Positions 14,067 through 27,261 of a DNA stretch of 64,000 nt are shown here, in pieces. Both the position numbers and the translations under genes were made by a program. Origin of the DNA: the human T2T-CHM13v2.0 reference genome, Homo sapiens; the NCBI RefSeq assembly GCF_009914755.1, contig NC_060945.1. One strand, written 5' to 3'. Within the stretch, counting starts at the first letter, position 1; the number at the start of each line of letters is the position of its first letter. The notes below the pieces were generated by a model. It searched no databases. It saw nothing but the letters and a program-made list of their open reading frames with translations, and was not told the DNA's origin.

Positions 14067-14980
14067 ACTAGTATTTTATTTAAAAAAAAAATTAGGGTGG
14101 CACATTTAATGGACTTACAAATTCTTTTCAAGGGATTATGAACCTTTGGTATTTGAAATAAAGAGACAGAGTTGGAATTTTTTGCTTCCTATAGTAAGAG
14201 GAATACTGGTCAGGCACTGTCTATTCTGATGGAGCAGGTGCTGCTGCATGGCTGTATTTCAGAAGCAAGCTGCTCACATTGATATTGGTTGGTGAGCAAG
14301 AGCAGTGGTCATTGATTGACTAGATTTCAAACTGGCTTTGTGTGGCTTCTTGTTACCATTGGTACAAGTCATTTCTTTCCTAAGTTAGAGTCAACTTTAA
14401 CCGAAAATTTTCTGTATAAAAGTTGCCTTCAATTAACTATGTTCAAAATGAAACTATTTTATATTCCAGAATTGTAGACTTCATTTTAAAATTTTGGTCA
14501 AGATGAATTGGTTAATAACAGCTCTCAGGAATATCTGTTTTCTTTTTTAAAAAATACATATTTCTCTGTATAATTTATTCCTTAAAATTAATTATTTTCT
14601 TTCTGTTTTTGGTATTTTTAGAAGCTTTTGCTCAAGTCCTAACATAATCTCCAGTAGGAGATTTTAGTCTCTTTGTCAGTTCATGTATGTATATGGTAGT
14701 GATACTCTACTCTCTTTTTAAATTCCTTTTCTTGTTCACTTTCTTCTCAGTACAATAACGGTGATATTCTTATACATCTTTACCTCATTTAAAAGTAATT
14801 ACAGTTTGCTGCTGGCAAATTCAGCTTTTTATATTTTTACTAAATACTAGGCTAAAAGTGAAGAAAATTTACCAGGTCATTTTATTTTCAAACAAAATCA
14901 TTACTAATAAAAATTGCTATCTTTGAAATATAAATAATGACATTTTGATATTTTAAAAGTAAGGATACACCCCCCCCCCA

Positions 14981-15297
14981 ATAGTTTGGCTTTGTGTTTC
15001 CACCCAAATCTCGTGTCAAATTGTAATTCCCAGGTGTTGAGAGAAAGACCAGCTGGGAGGTATTGGATCATGGGGTCGGTTTCCTCCATGCTGTTCTCGT
15101 GATAGTGAGTTCTCACAAGAGCAGATAATTCTATAATGGGCTCTTTCCCTTTCACTTCTCTCTCTCCTGCCACCTTTTGAAGAAGTTGCCTGCTTCCCCT
15201 TTACGTTCTGCCATGATTGTAAGTTTCCTGAGGCCTTCCCAGCCATGTGTAACTGTGAATCAATTAAGCCTCTTTCCTTTATGAATTACCCAGTCTC

Positions 15298-15300
<3 letters not shown>
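14981..15300 (+). mobile_element. MaLR LTR (MSTA/THE1-like)
   Basis: gtttggctttgtgtttccacccaaatctc ... aagtttcctgaggccttcccagcc ... aattacccagtctcagg. Confidence 0.8.

Positions 15301-15336
<36 letters not shown>
15301..15336. repeat. (TA)n microsatellite
   Basis: Perfect TA run followed by a T run. Confidence 0.95.
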
Positions 15337-15352
<16 letters not shown>

Positions 15353-16935
15353 CTTTATTCCACTCATCAGTTGGTGGACACTGGCTGATAACATATCTTT
15401 GCATATGTGAATTGTGCTGCAGTAAACATATGTATATAGGTGTCTTTTTGAGAGTATGATTTCTTTTATTTTGGGTAGGTATCCAGAAATGAGAACGCTG
15501 GATAGAATGGTAAGATCTACTTTAAAAGAACTCTCCATAATGTTTTCCATAGATTTGTACTAATTTGTATCCCCACCAGCAGTGTATAACTCTTTTTTCA
15601 CCACATCCACACCAACATCTGCTGTTTTTTTTATTTTAGTAGTGACCATTCTGGCTGAAGTGAGGTGATATCTCACTGTTGTTTTATTGTACATTTCCCT
15701 GATGATTAGTAATATTTAGCATGTTTTTATATTCTTGTTCACCATTTGTACATCTTCTTTTGAGCAATGTCTATTCATGTCATGTGCCCACTTTTTAATG
15801 GAATTATTTGTATTTTTCCTGCTGATTTGTTTGAGTTTCTGGTAGGTTATGGACATTAATCCTTTGTTAGATTCATAATTTGCCCATATTTTCCCCATTG
15901 TATAGGTTGTTGGCTCACTTTGATGATTATTTCTTTTGCTGTGCTGAAGCTTTTTACTTTAATTAGGTCTTTATTTATTTATTTATTTATTTTTATTTTT
16001 GTTGCTTTTGCTTTCAGGGTCCTCATCATAAATTATTTGCCTAGGCTGATGTCTTCAGGTCTTAGGTTTAGGCCATTAATCCATCTTGAATTAATTTTTT
16101 TACATGGTGAGAGATAGAGATCCAATTTTATTCTTCTATATGTGACTATCTTTTTTTCCCAGCACCATTTGTTGAATAACGTGTGCTTTCTCCAGTGTAT
16201 GTTTTTGTATCCTTTCTCAAAGATCATTTGGTTGTAAGTGGCCTTTTTTCTGAGTTGTCTATTCTGTTCCATTGATCTGTGTATCTACTTTTATATCAGT
16301 ACCACGATGTTTGTTACTGTGGCCTTAGAGTATAATTTGAAGTCAGGTAATGTGATGCCAACATGTTTGTTCCTTTTGCTTGGCATGTCTGTTGCTATTC
16401 AGGCTCTTTTGTGGTTCTACATGAATGGCAGCTTTTTAAAATAACTCTGTGAAGAATGACATTGGTACTTTGGTAGAAACTGTATTGACTCTGTAGACTA
16501 CTTTGGGCACTATGGCATTTTCACAATATCAATGCTTTCAGTCCAGGAACATAGAATGTATGTTCATTTATTTGTATCATCTGTGATTTTCTTCAGTGGT
16601 GTTTTCCAGTTATCCTTTGATAGATCACTCACCTCCTTCATTAAGTATATTCCTAGGTATTTTACTGTTTTGCAGCCATTGTAAAAAGAATTGGATTCTT
16701 GATATGACTCTCAGCTTGGTTGTAGTTGGTGTATAGTGGTACTATTCATTGGTATTTGTATATTTTGTAACCTCTGAGACTTTACTAAATTCATTTATCA
16801 AATCTAGGAGTGTTTTGTAGGAGTCTGTAGGGTTTTCTAGGCATAAGATCATATCATTGGTGAAGAGAGAGTTTGACTTTCTCTTTTCCAATTTGGATGC
16901 CCTTTATTTCTCTTGCCCAATTGCTCTGCCTAGGG
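15337..16935 (-). mobile_element. L1 ORF2/3' fragment (old L1PB/L1MA-type)
   Basis: Minus-strand ORF fragments with L1 ORF2 motifs (LFNKWCWEK, IKKWAHDMNRH). Confidence 0.85.
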
Positions 16936-17179
16936 CTTCCCAGTTTTCTTCTTAATATGCATGAAATAAAAGTAAAATTGAAAGCGATTGTTGATCAGTT
17001 TATTTCACATTTCTCTCTCATACACAAATAAAATGAATTCAAAGTTCTATGTTAAAAACACAATATTAGAGCCTGTCTTGTTCCAAAGGGAATTTCTAAG
17101 TTGTCTATAGATTACAGAGGAATCAAGAATATAAGTGGAAACTGTTTCCAAAAAATAAACATAAAAAGTTTAGGTTAAC

Positions 17180-17702
17180 ACAGGGGTTTCCAATCCCCAG
17201 GCCACAGACCAGTACCAGTCCCTGGCCTGTTAGGACCTGGGCCACACAGCAAGAGGTTAGTGGTAGGGAGCAAGTGAAGCTTCATCTGTTTACAGCCACT
17301 CTCTGTCACTCACATTACCTTCTGAGCTCCTCCTCCTGTCAGATCAGCGGTGACATTAGATTGTCATAGGAGTGTGACTTGAACCCTATTGCAAGCTGCT
17401 CATGCATGGGATATAGGTTGTTCACTCCTTATGAGAATCTATTGCTTTCTGATCTGTCACCATCTCCTGTCACCCCTAGATGAGACCATCTAGTTGCAGG
17501 AAAACAAGCTGAGGGCTCCCACTGATTCTACATGATGGCGAGTTATATAATTATTTCATTATATATTAGTAATAATAGAAATGAAGTGCACAATGTATGT
17601 AATGTGCTTGAATCATCCTGGAACCATCCCCCACCTCAGGTCCATGGAAAAATTATCTTCCACAAAACTAGTCCCTGGTGCCAACATGACTGTGAGAGCA
17701 GG
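17180..17702 (+). mobile_element. MER1A DNA transposon
   Basis: Starts caggggtttccaatccccaggccacagaccagtaccagtcc; ~520 bp. Confidence 0.78.
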
Positions 17703-17847
17703 TTTAACAGATGTGAAACCCCTTTGTCTTGTCTTGGATTAATGTGCAGATATACATTGTGTGAATGACATCTGATGGTGCCATCTTGCCCTGTAGATCA
17801 TTTTAGGGACACCTCCAGTATTTCATGAAAATTAAAATTTCTTCTAG

Positions 17848-17971
17848 TGATGAACAAAATGATACCCGGAAACAACTTTCTGAAGAACAGAACACTGGAA
17901 TATCACAAGATGAGATTCTGACTAATAAACAAAAGCAGATAGAAGTGGCTGAACAGAAAATGAATTCTGAG
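17848..17971 (+). CDS. POTED: POTE coding exon (124 bp)
   Basis: tttcttctAG / GTattt; encodes (S)[41 protein letters not shown]. Confidence 0.9.
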
Positions 17972-18060
17972 GTATTTTCTTTAGTCATTTTCAAATGTTT
18001 TCATATGTGTATATATTTTTAAAAAGCTTTATTTTGGAAGGTATAAAGGATTTTTAAATC

Positions 18061-18134
18061 ACATATATACACACGTGTGTGTGTGTGTATATATATGTGT
18101 GTGTGTATATATATACACACACACACACACACAC
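18061..18134. repeat. Mixed (TG)n/(TA)n/(CA)n self-complementary microsatellite
   Basis: cacacgtgtgtg...tatatatatacacacac. Confidence 0.9.
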
Positions 18135-18856
18135 CCTGTATATCCTTGGTCATATATTTATATATGTACATATAGGATAAAACCATGTTCTTAATTCAAC
18201 TGCATTTGCCTGCAACAGTCGAGTAGTGACCTTCACAATGGCCTCAATCCAAAGGAAAAGCATTTGATATTTTTCATAAGAATTGATTATCTTTCCAATA
18301 TCAAAAATAAGTTTTGCTACTAACAACAGATTTGCTAGTTTTGGGACATTAGTTCTTTTTAAAATATTAATAGAGAAGTCAGTTTGTTATTTTCACTAAC
18401 AGGAAAGTAGGAAATGTACAGCTGGGTCAGAGGCCACATTGTGGATGTCATTATCCTTGCTTTTGAGGAGAGGAACAGTTTGCTCCGAGTAGTTTCTCAT
18501 TTCAATGCAAAGAGCTTTGAAAACAATGACATGCCATGATACACATTTAGTGATAATTTATTGATAAGTATTTTGTTCCCAGATGAATAGTTCAGTATGT
18601 TTCCCCTATTTCACACTTACTACTACAATGTTTCAAACATTATAAAGAGGAAAGAAAAGTTATTGCAATGGCAAATAATCTCATGATTTCTAAGAAAAGC
18701 CTTGTAAGTTATATCTTATTTACCATTTGTATTTTGAAATAAAAGGTTTCTTTTATATTTATATATTTACACCACAGAAGCAACTGTGATTTTGTGGAGG
18801 ATCACTAGCAGTAGCATCAGAAGACCTGGCAAAAATCCTGCACGTTGCATATATAC

Positions 18857-18887
<31 letters not shown>

Positions 18888-19046
18888 TGTGTGTGTATTC
18901 TAGATGGAGTCTTGCACTGTCACCCACGCTGGAGTGCAGTGGCACAAACTCAGTTCACTGCAACCTCTGCCTCCCAGGTTCACACGATTCTCCTGCCTCA
19001 GCCTCCTGAAGTGCTGGGATTACAGGTGTGAGCCACTGGTCCTGGC
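18857..19046 (-). mobile_element. (TG)n tract plus internally deleted Alu
   Basis: GT repeat ~18857-18896, then Alu right arm fused directly to the left-arm end (gtgctgggattacaggtgtgagccac). Confidence 0.8.
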
Positions 19047-19677
19047 TGCATATATTTTTTGACCTCTCCTTTTAAGAATCGTGATCCTAAATGAGTTGAG
19101 TGTTGTATGTAGAAGTGCAATGCTTAGATGCAGATGTGTACATTGTAGAAGGGTACAATGCTTAGATTTAACAGTTATGAATAAATGTAATGCTTACAAC
19201 TGACTGTAAAAATATTAGAAAAGCAGTATATTGATAAAACATTCCTCAGAAAAAGGAACTTAAAGAACTTTGAGGAATTGCTTCTGTCCTAATATATGCA
19301 TAGCTAAGGCTCTTATGATGGTGTGGTTTATAGGTTAGATATCAGAGTGTAAACCCAATTTAAAAAATGTAGCCAAATATATTAATCTTCTATTTTATGC
19401 CTCTGGGTTTTTTGTAATTCAGAGAAAGGCTTTTCCAATTCTGAAATTCTTAAAAATCCTCTAGTGATTTATTTTTCATGGTCTTTAGATAAATATTTCA
19501 ACTTTTTGGAATTTACACTCTTTTAGATTTGAAGTTTTGTCCAACTTTTTTCCAGTTAAATATCCACTATGGGAATTATTTCATTATACAAATATAAATG
19601 TCATTCTTTAATTTTAGAAGAAATCATGATATGTCATTCTATTGAGTGCTAACTAAAAGTTCCCTTTGTTTACTTAG

Positions 19678-19899
19678 CTTTCTCTTAGTCATAAGAAAGA
19701 AGAAGATCTCTTGCGTGAAAACAGCGTGTTGCAGGAAGAAATTGCCATGCTAAGACTGGAACTAGATGAAACAAAACATCAGAACCAGCTAAGGGAAAAT
19801 AAAATTTTGGAGGAAATTGAAAGTGTGAAAGAAAAGACTGATAAACTTCTAAGGGCTATGCAATTGAATGAAGAAGCATTAACGAAAACCAATATTTAA
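19678..19899 (+). CDS. POTED: POTE last coding exon (coiled coil) ending in TAA
   Basis: tttacttAG acceptor; encodes [73 protein letters not shown]; C-terminus matches recalled POTED; no actin fusion follows. Confidence 0.88.
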   Translation, partial: LSLSHKKEEDLLRENSVLQEEIAMLRLELDETKHQNQLRENKILEEIESVKEKTDKLLRAMQLNEEALTKTNI

Positions 19900-20238
19900 G
19901 TACAGTGGACAGCTTAGGATTTTGACAACTGAGAATGCTCAGTTCTGAACTGGAGAGTGTAAGACACAGCTAGGAAACACTGGAAATGGAAATTCAATCA
20001 TGTCATTGTAGACTGACTACTGCTCTACATGATTGTGATCAAAGTCAGATAGCTGAAAGGGACTTCTTTCCAGAGAACAAACATGAACAGGTTTATTTAC
20101 AGGAGAAAATGAATTCTCATATATCTCACCTAAAAGATAACAGTGAGATTCTTTCTGAACAACTCTAACGCTGACAGTAAAATTAACAACCTAAAAATTA
20201 AGCTCCATCACACAGGATAAATTCTGAGAGAAAAGATG
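19900..20238 (+). pseudogene. Degenerate continuation of the ancestral ANKRD26-like coiled-coil exon in the POTED 3' region
   Basis: Frameshifted peptides [69 protein letters not shown] and LREK resemble the recalled ANKRD26/CCDC144 coiled coil; ends abruptly at an L1 5'UTR. Confidence 0.8.
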
Positions 20239-23200
20239 AGGCAGGCCACCATCTTTCCTGTTTGGGCAACTTAGCCATTCCAGCGTGCGGGCTTTGGAGA
20301 GTACAAACCCACCAGGGGCAGAAGAGATCCTGTGGCATAGCACAGCTGCTTTACCAAATCATGGCCAGAATGCTTCTGTAAGCAGGCCCCTGATCCTGTT
20401 CCTTGTCACTGGACAGGATCTCCCACCTGAGGCCTCCAGCTACACCCACCAGTGTTCCCTGGCCAATGGAGATTTGAAACCTTCCTGGGACAGAGTTCCC
20501 AGAGAGAGGGGTGGGCCATGACCTTTGTTGTTTGGGCAACTAGCCCTTCTGGCCTGTGGGCTTTGGAGAGCCCAAGCTGACCAGGGGTGGAAGTGGTACC
20601 TCAGCACAGAACAGCCACCCTGCGAAAACGTGGCCAGATTCTTGTTTAAGCCAGTCCCCAACCACATTTCTAATCACTGGCTGGAGCCTTTCAACCAGGG
20701 TCTCCAGCCACCTTCACTGCTGTTCTCTGGCTGACAGAGGTTTCAGGCCTCCTGAGTGAGAGCTCCCAGGGGGAGGACCAGACTGTCATCTTTGCTGTTT
20801 GGATGACTCAGCCAGTTCAGTCTTAGAGTTTCAGAGTGTCTGAGGAGACCAGGGGCTGAAGTGAACCCCCCGCACAGCATAGCCACTCTACAAAAACGTG
20901 GCCAGACTTCTTTTTTAAACAAGTCCCTATTCCTGTTCCTCCTTACTAGGCAAGACTTCTCAACTTGCTTCCAGTCACATCCTACAGGTGTGTTCAGATT
21001 GGCAACAGGTTCATACCTCAGAGGTACAGAGCTCCCAGAGGGAAGGGCAGGTTATCGTCTTTGCTTTTTCGCAGGCTTCACTGCTGATACCTTCAGCCAC
21101 TGGAAAATACGAGGCAATTGGCGACTGGAGTGGACCCCCAGCATACCACGGCAGCCCCACAGAAAAGTGGCCAGACTGTTATGTGGGTGCCCATTTCCAT
21201 ATCTCCTCGATGGGCAGGTCTTCCTGGCCTGGGTCTCCAGCCAGCCCCCCACTTGAGCTTTCAAGCCAGTAGCAACTCAGCAACTCCCTGGACAGAGCTT
21301 CCAGGAGCAACAGAAATCCTCTCTGCCACTGCCTCTGCAGTGGAACTGCCCTTGCTACCCTCAGAATATCAAGGGAGCAAAGACCCTAAGTACCATATTG
21401 ACACCTCCAACAAGCTGCAGTTGACACAAGGAACAAGTCAGTCCATCTTCCACAGGTACAACACACCCCTTACTGCTCATCACCAGACAAGGAACCCTGG
21501 CTTGGGCCCACAACACAGACCCTCCATCCTGGGGTGATTACATTAAGTAACTGCTAACTTACACCTCTCTGGGGTGGAGCCCCCAGGAGACAAGGAAAGT
21601 GGTGGAGCAGCAAGTCAGCTGATGTGGAGCCCGGAGGGCAGGGACAGCTATGTCTCTAGGCTCCACTTGCTCTTATGAGACACTTTATCCCAGCACTTTA
21701 GGAGTGCTGAGGTCAGACCAGCCCCATCTCACATGCAGGATTGCCCAGCACAGATCAGGTCTAAGAGTTCTCTTCGTAAAAAAGGGGACTTGCTTAAAAA
21801 AGAAGTCTGGCCACGTTTGTGTAGAGCAGTTGTGCTGTGCTGAGGATTCACTTTTGAGAGAGTTCTCCTCTGAGACCTGATCTGTGCTGGGCAGTCTTGC
21901 ACATGAGATGGGGCTGGTCTGACCTCAGCACCCCTTAGTCTGCTTGCCTCTCCCAGGACCCCAGCCAGGCCACACCTGCTTAGAGGGCACTTTCGGGTGC
22001 CCACACCATAGCTTCTGTACAAGCGGACCATGCCTGATCAATGGAGAGCTGCAGCAAGGTGACCTCTACAGCCACGCACTAGCCTGCACATTACCTCTCC
22101 ATACTGCAGCCCTTTATATGGAAACTTCCTACATCACTTTGCTGTGTGTGTTTACACAGGTGGGTTTTGTTGTACTTGCCCTAACAGCATATGGGAATGC
22201 AGCACACACCCCAACCCACACCAACTGCCACTGAAGATGAAGCCATGGTGGGCACAGAACCAAAAACCCCACCCCTGCTAGCATCTCACCCTTGAGGTAA
22301 TGCTGTGCAGAGGAAAAGGGACCTTCTTATACCCTGAGTGACCACTGTTGCTTGGGGGGGATCAAAGAAGGCACCTTCACTGGCCAGCCACCCACCCCAA
22401 ACCAGCACTACCTCCAGTGCAACAGCACACACAGCAGGGGCCCCCTGGCCCACACCCCAGCTGTTTTGCCTCCACCACTGGGTGAATGCCCACAGGGAGG
22501 CAGGGACTTTTGCATCTGGTAGCATTCTGCCACAGCTGCCGCACTTTGGTCCCCTCAGTGCAGTGGACTCCAAACCTCGAGGAGCCAGAGAACAAAGTTG
22601 TGGCCCAATACAAGTTCCCCAGAGTTAAAGCACACAGTCCAAGAATTGGGAGCTGCATGTTGGCCCCTTAAAATCCTCCAAAAACAAAACCTGTTGGCTG
22701 AATCCACCTTACACCACAATCAAATCCTCAAGGTCATCAGATATAATAAAGGAAAAATACCCTGTCCAAACGTCAGCAACCTCAAAGATTGAAGATGGAT
22801 AAGCCCATAAAGATGAGAAAAAGACTCTGTGCAAGAACACTAAAAACTCAAAAATTCAGCATGCCTTCTTTTCTCCAAATGACTGCATCAACTCTCCAGC
22901 AAGTGTTCAGAACTGGGCTGAGGCTGAGATGTCTGAAATGATACAAGCAGAGTTCAGGATATGGGTAGGAACAAAGTTCATTGAGTGAAAGAAGTATGTT
23001 GTAATCCAATACAAGGAAGCTAAAAATCATTGTAAAACATTGCAGGAAGTAACAGACAAAAGAGCAAGTATAAAGAAGAAAATAACTGACCTGACAGAGC
23101 TGTAAATCACACTAGAAGAATTTTCATAATGCAGTCACATGGTGATTGTGTGTGATTGCATTATGAATATTATTGTATGTGTGGGCACCTGAGAGTGCCC

Positions 23201-24295
23201 TGTAAGCAGGTGTGGCCAGGCTGGGGTCCTGGGAGAGGCAAGCAGACTAGGGAGGGCTGAGGTCAGACCAGCTCCATCTCATGTGCAAGACCATCCAACA
23301 GAATAGACCAAGAAGAGGAAAGAATCCCAGAGCTTGAAAACTGGCTTTCTGAAATAAAACAGGCAAACAAGAATGGGGGAAAAAAGAATGAAAGGGAATG
23401 AACAAAACATCTGAGATATATGGGATTATATAAACGACCAAATCTATGACTGATTAATGTACCTGAAAGAGATGAGAATGGAACCAACTTGGAAAACACA
23501 TTTCAGAATATCATTCATGAGAATGTCCCCAACCTAGCCAGACAGGCCAACATTCAACTTCAGGAAATCCAGAGAACCTCAGTAAGATATGCCATGAGAA
23601 GATCATCCCCAAGACACATAATCGTCAGATTTTCTGAGGTCAAAATAAAAGAAAAAATGTTAAAGGCAGCTAGGGAGAAAGGCAACATCACCTGCAAAGG
23701 GAATTCCATCAGATTTAGCAGACCTCTCAACTGAAACTGTACAAGCCAGAAAAGACATTCAACATCTCAAAGAAAAGAAATTTCAACCCAGAATTTCATG
23801 TCCAGCAAAATTAAGCATCATAAGTGAAGGAGAAACAAGATCCTTTTCAGACAAGCAAATGCTGAGGGAATTCGTTATCACCAGACCTACCTTACAAGAG
23901 CTCCTGAAGGAAGCACTAAATATGGAAAGAAAAGACCACCACCAGCCACTACAGAAACACACTGAAGTACACAGACAAGTGATGCTAAAAACCAACTACA
24001 TAAGTCTGCAAAAAAGCCAGCTGACAGCATGACGACAGGATCAAATCCACACATACCATTACTAACCTTAAATGGAAATGGGCTAAATGCTCCAATTGAA
24101 AGACACAGGGGGCAAGCTGGATAAAGAACCAAGACCCATTGGAGTATGCCGTCTTCAAGAAACCCATCTCACATGCAGTGCCATACATAGGCTCAAAATA
24201 AAGGAATGGAGAAAAATATTTCAAGGAAATGGAAAACAGAAAAAAGCAGGTGTTGCACTCCTAGTTTCTGACAAAACAGACTATACCAATACAGA
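20239..24295 (+). mobile_element. Old primate L1 5' portion (5'UTR with ~270-bp subrepeats, ORF1, start of ORF2), rearranged
   Basis: Subrepeats near 20249/20521/20786/21055; ORF1 peptide ENVPNLARQANIQLQEIQRT...PRHIIVRF; ORF2 endonuclease peptide CRLQETHLTC...QKKAGVALLVSDK. Confidence 0.88.
23108..23183 (-). ncRNA. MIR3118-1: miR-3118 precursor hairpin; mature sequence at 23117-23139 (UGUGACUGCAUUAUGAAAAUUCU)
   Basis: 76-nt imperfect palindrome whose reverse complement matches recalled hsa-mir-3118; the copy suffix is inferred from the locus. Confidence 0.85.
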
Positions 24296-24311
24296 TTAAA
24301 AAAAAAAAGAG

Positions 24312-25490
<1,179 letters not shown>

Positions 25491-25593
25491 TTTAAAATAT
25501 CAGCAGTTTGTCCCAGCTATGATGTGGTAGTAAAAGATTCAGAAGTATTTTCTTTACAAGTTCTATGATGAAAAGCTTAATTAAAAGCAAATT

Positions 25594-27190
25594 TATTTTT
25601 TTAAAATTATACTTTAAGTTCTGGGGTACATGTGCAGAACATGCAGGTTTGTTACATACGTATACACATGCTATGGTGGCTTGCTGCATGCACCAACCCG
25701 TGATCTAATGCCATCCCTTTTCTAGCCCCCCACCCTGACAGGCCCTTGTGTGTGATGTTTCCCTTCCTGTGTCCATGTGTTCTCATTGTTCAGCTCCCAC
25801 TTATGAGTGAGATCATGTGGTGTTTGGTTTTCTGTTTTTGTGTTAGTTTGCTGAGAATGACAGTTTCCAGCTTCATCCATGTCCCTGCAAAGGATATGAA
25901 CTCATCCTTTTTTATGACTGCATAGTATTCCATGGTGTATATATGCCACATTTTCTTTATCCAGTCTATCATTGGTGGGTATTTGGGTTGGTTCCAAGTC
26001 TTTGCTGTTGTGAACACTGCCGCAATAAGCATACATGTGCATGTGTCTTTATATTGGAATGATTTATATTTTTTTGAGTATATACACTGTAATGGGATTG
26101 CTGGGTCAAATGGTATTTCTAGTTGTAGATCCTTGAGGAATCATCACATTGTCTTCCACGATGGTTGAACTGATTTATACTCCCACCAACAGTGTAAAAG
26201 CATTCCTATTTCTCCACATCCTCTCCAGCATCTGTTGTTTCCTGATTTTTTAATGATGGCCATTCCAAGTGGCGTAACATTGTATCTCATTATGGTTTTG
26301 AATTCCATTTCTCTAATGACCAGTGCTTTGCTTCACATGTTCGTTGGCTGCATAAATGTCTCCTTTGGGAAGTGTCTGTTCGTATCCTTTGCCCACTTTT
26401 TGATGGGGTTGTTTGTTTTTTTCTTGTAAATTTGTTTAAGTTTTTATAGATTCTGCGTATTAGCCCTTTGTCAGATGGATAGATTGCAACAATTTTCTCC
26501 CATTCTGAGGGTTGCCTGTTCACTCTGATGATAGTTTCTTTTGCTCTGCAGACATTCTTTAGTTTAATTAGATCCCATTTGTCAATTTTGGCTTTTGTTG
26601 CCATCTCTTTTGGTGTTCTAGTGATGAAGTCTTCGCCCATGCCTATGTCCTGAATGGTATTGCGTAACACAAGGACATTTCTGTGCCTGAATGCCATATC
26701 TCCCAAAGTAATTTATAGAATCAGTGCTATCTCCATCAAGCTACCATTGACTTTCTTCCCACAATTAGAAACACTACTTTAAATTTCATATGGAGCCAAA
26801 AAAGAGCTCGCATAGCCAAGACAATCCTAAGCAAAAAGAACAAGCTGGAGGCATCACAGTACCTGACTTCAAACTATTCTATAAGGCTACAGTAACCAAA
26901 ACAGCATGGTACTGGTACCAAACCAGATATATGGACAAATGGAACAGAACAGAGGCCTCAGAAATGACACCACACATCTAAAACCATCTGATCTTTGACA
27001 AACCTGACAAAAACAAGCAATGGGGAAAGGATTCCTTATTCAATAAATGGTGTTAGGAAAACTGGCTAGCCATATGCAGAAAACTGAAACTGGGCCACTT
27101 CCTTACACTTTATACAAAAATTAACTTAAGATGGATTGAAGAGTTAAACTTAAGACCTAAAACCATAAAAAACCTAGAAGAAAACCTAGG
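25594..27190 (-). mobile_element. 5'-inverted (twin-primed) L1PA: minus-strand 3' part 25594-26663, sense part ~26690-27190
   Basis: ttatactttaagttctggggtacatgtgcag 3' end; the sense part ends ...gaaaacctagg and the antisense part begins gcaataccattcagg, which are adjacent in L1. Confidence 0.88.
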
Positions 27191-27261
27191 CCACCAAACT
27201 CAGGAGAAATGTACTTGTAGTGAAATGCATGGTACAAACACACATTCCCTGCTTCCTTAAG

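Noticed and set aside
20249-21300. ~270-bp diverged tandem repeats
   Set aside because: Best explained as intrinsic subrepeats of an old L1 5'UTR
19900-22700. POTE-actin fusion exon
   Set aside because: No actin-like coding sequence follows the last exon, consistent with a non-actin POTE paralog
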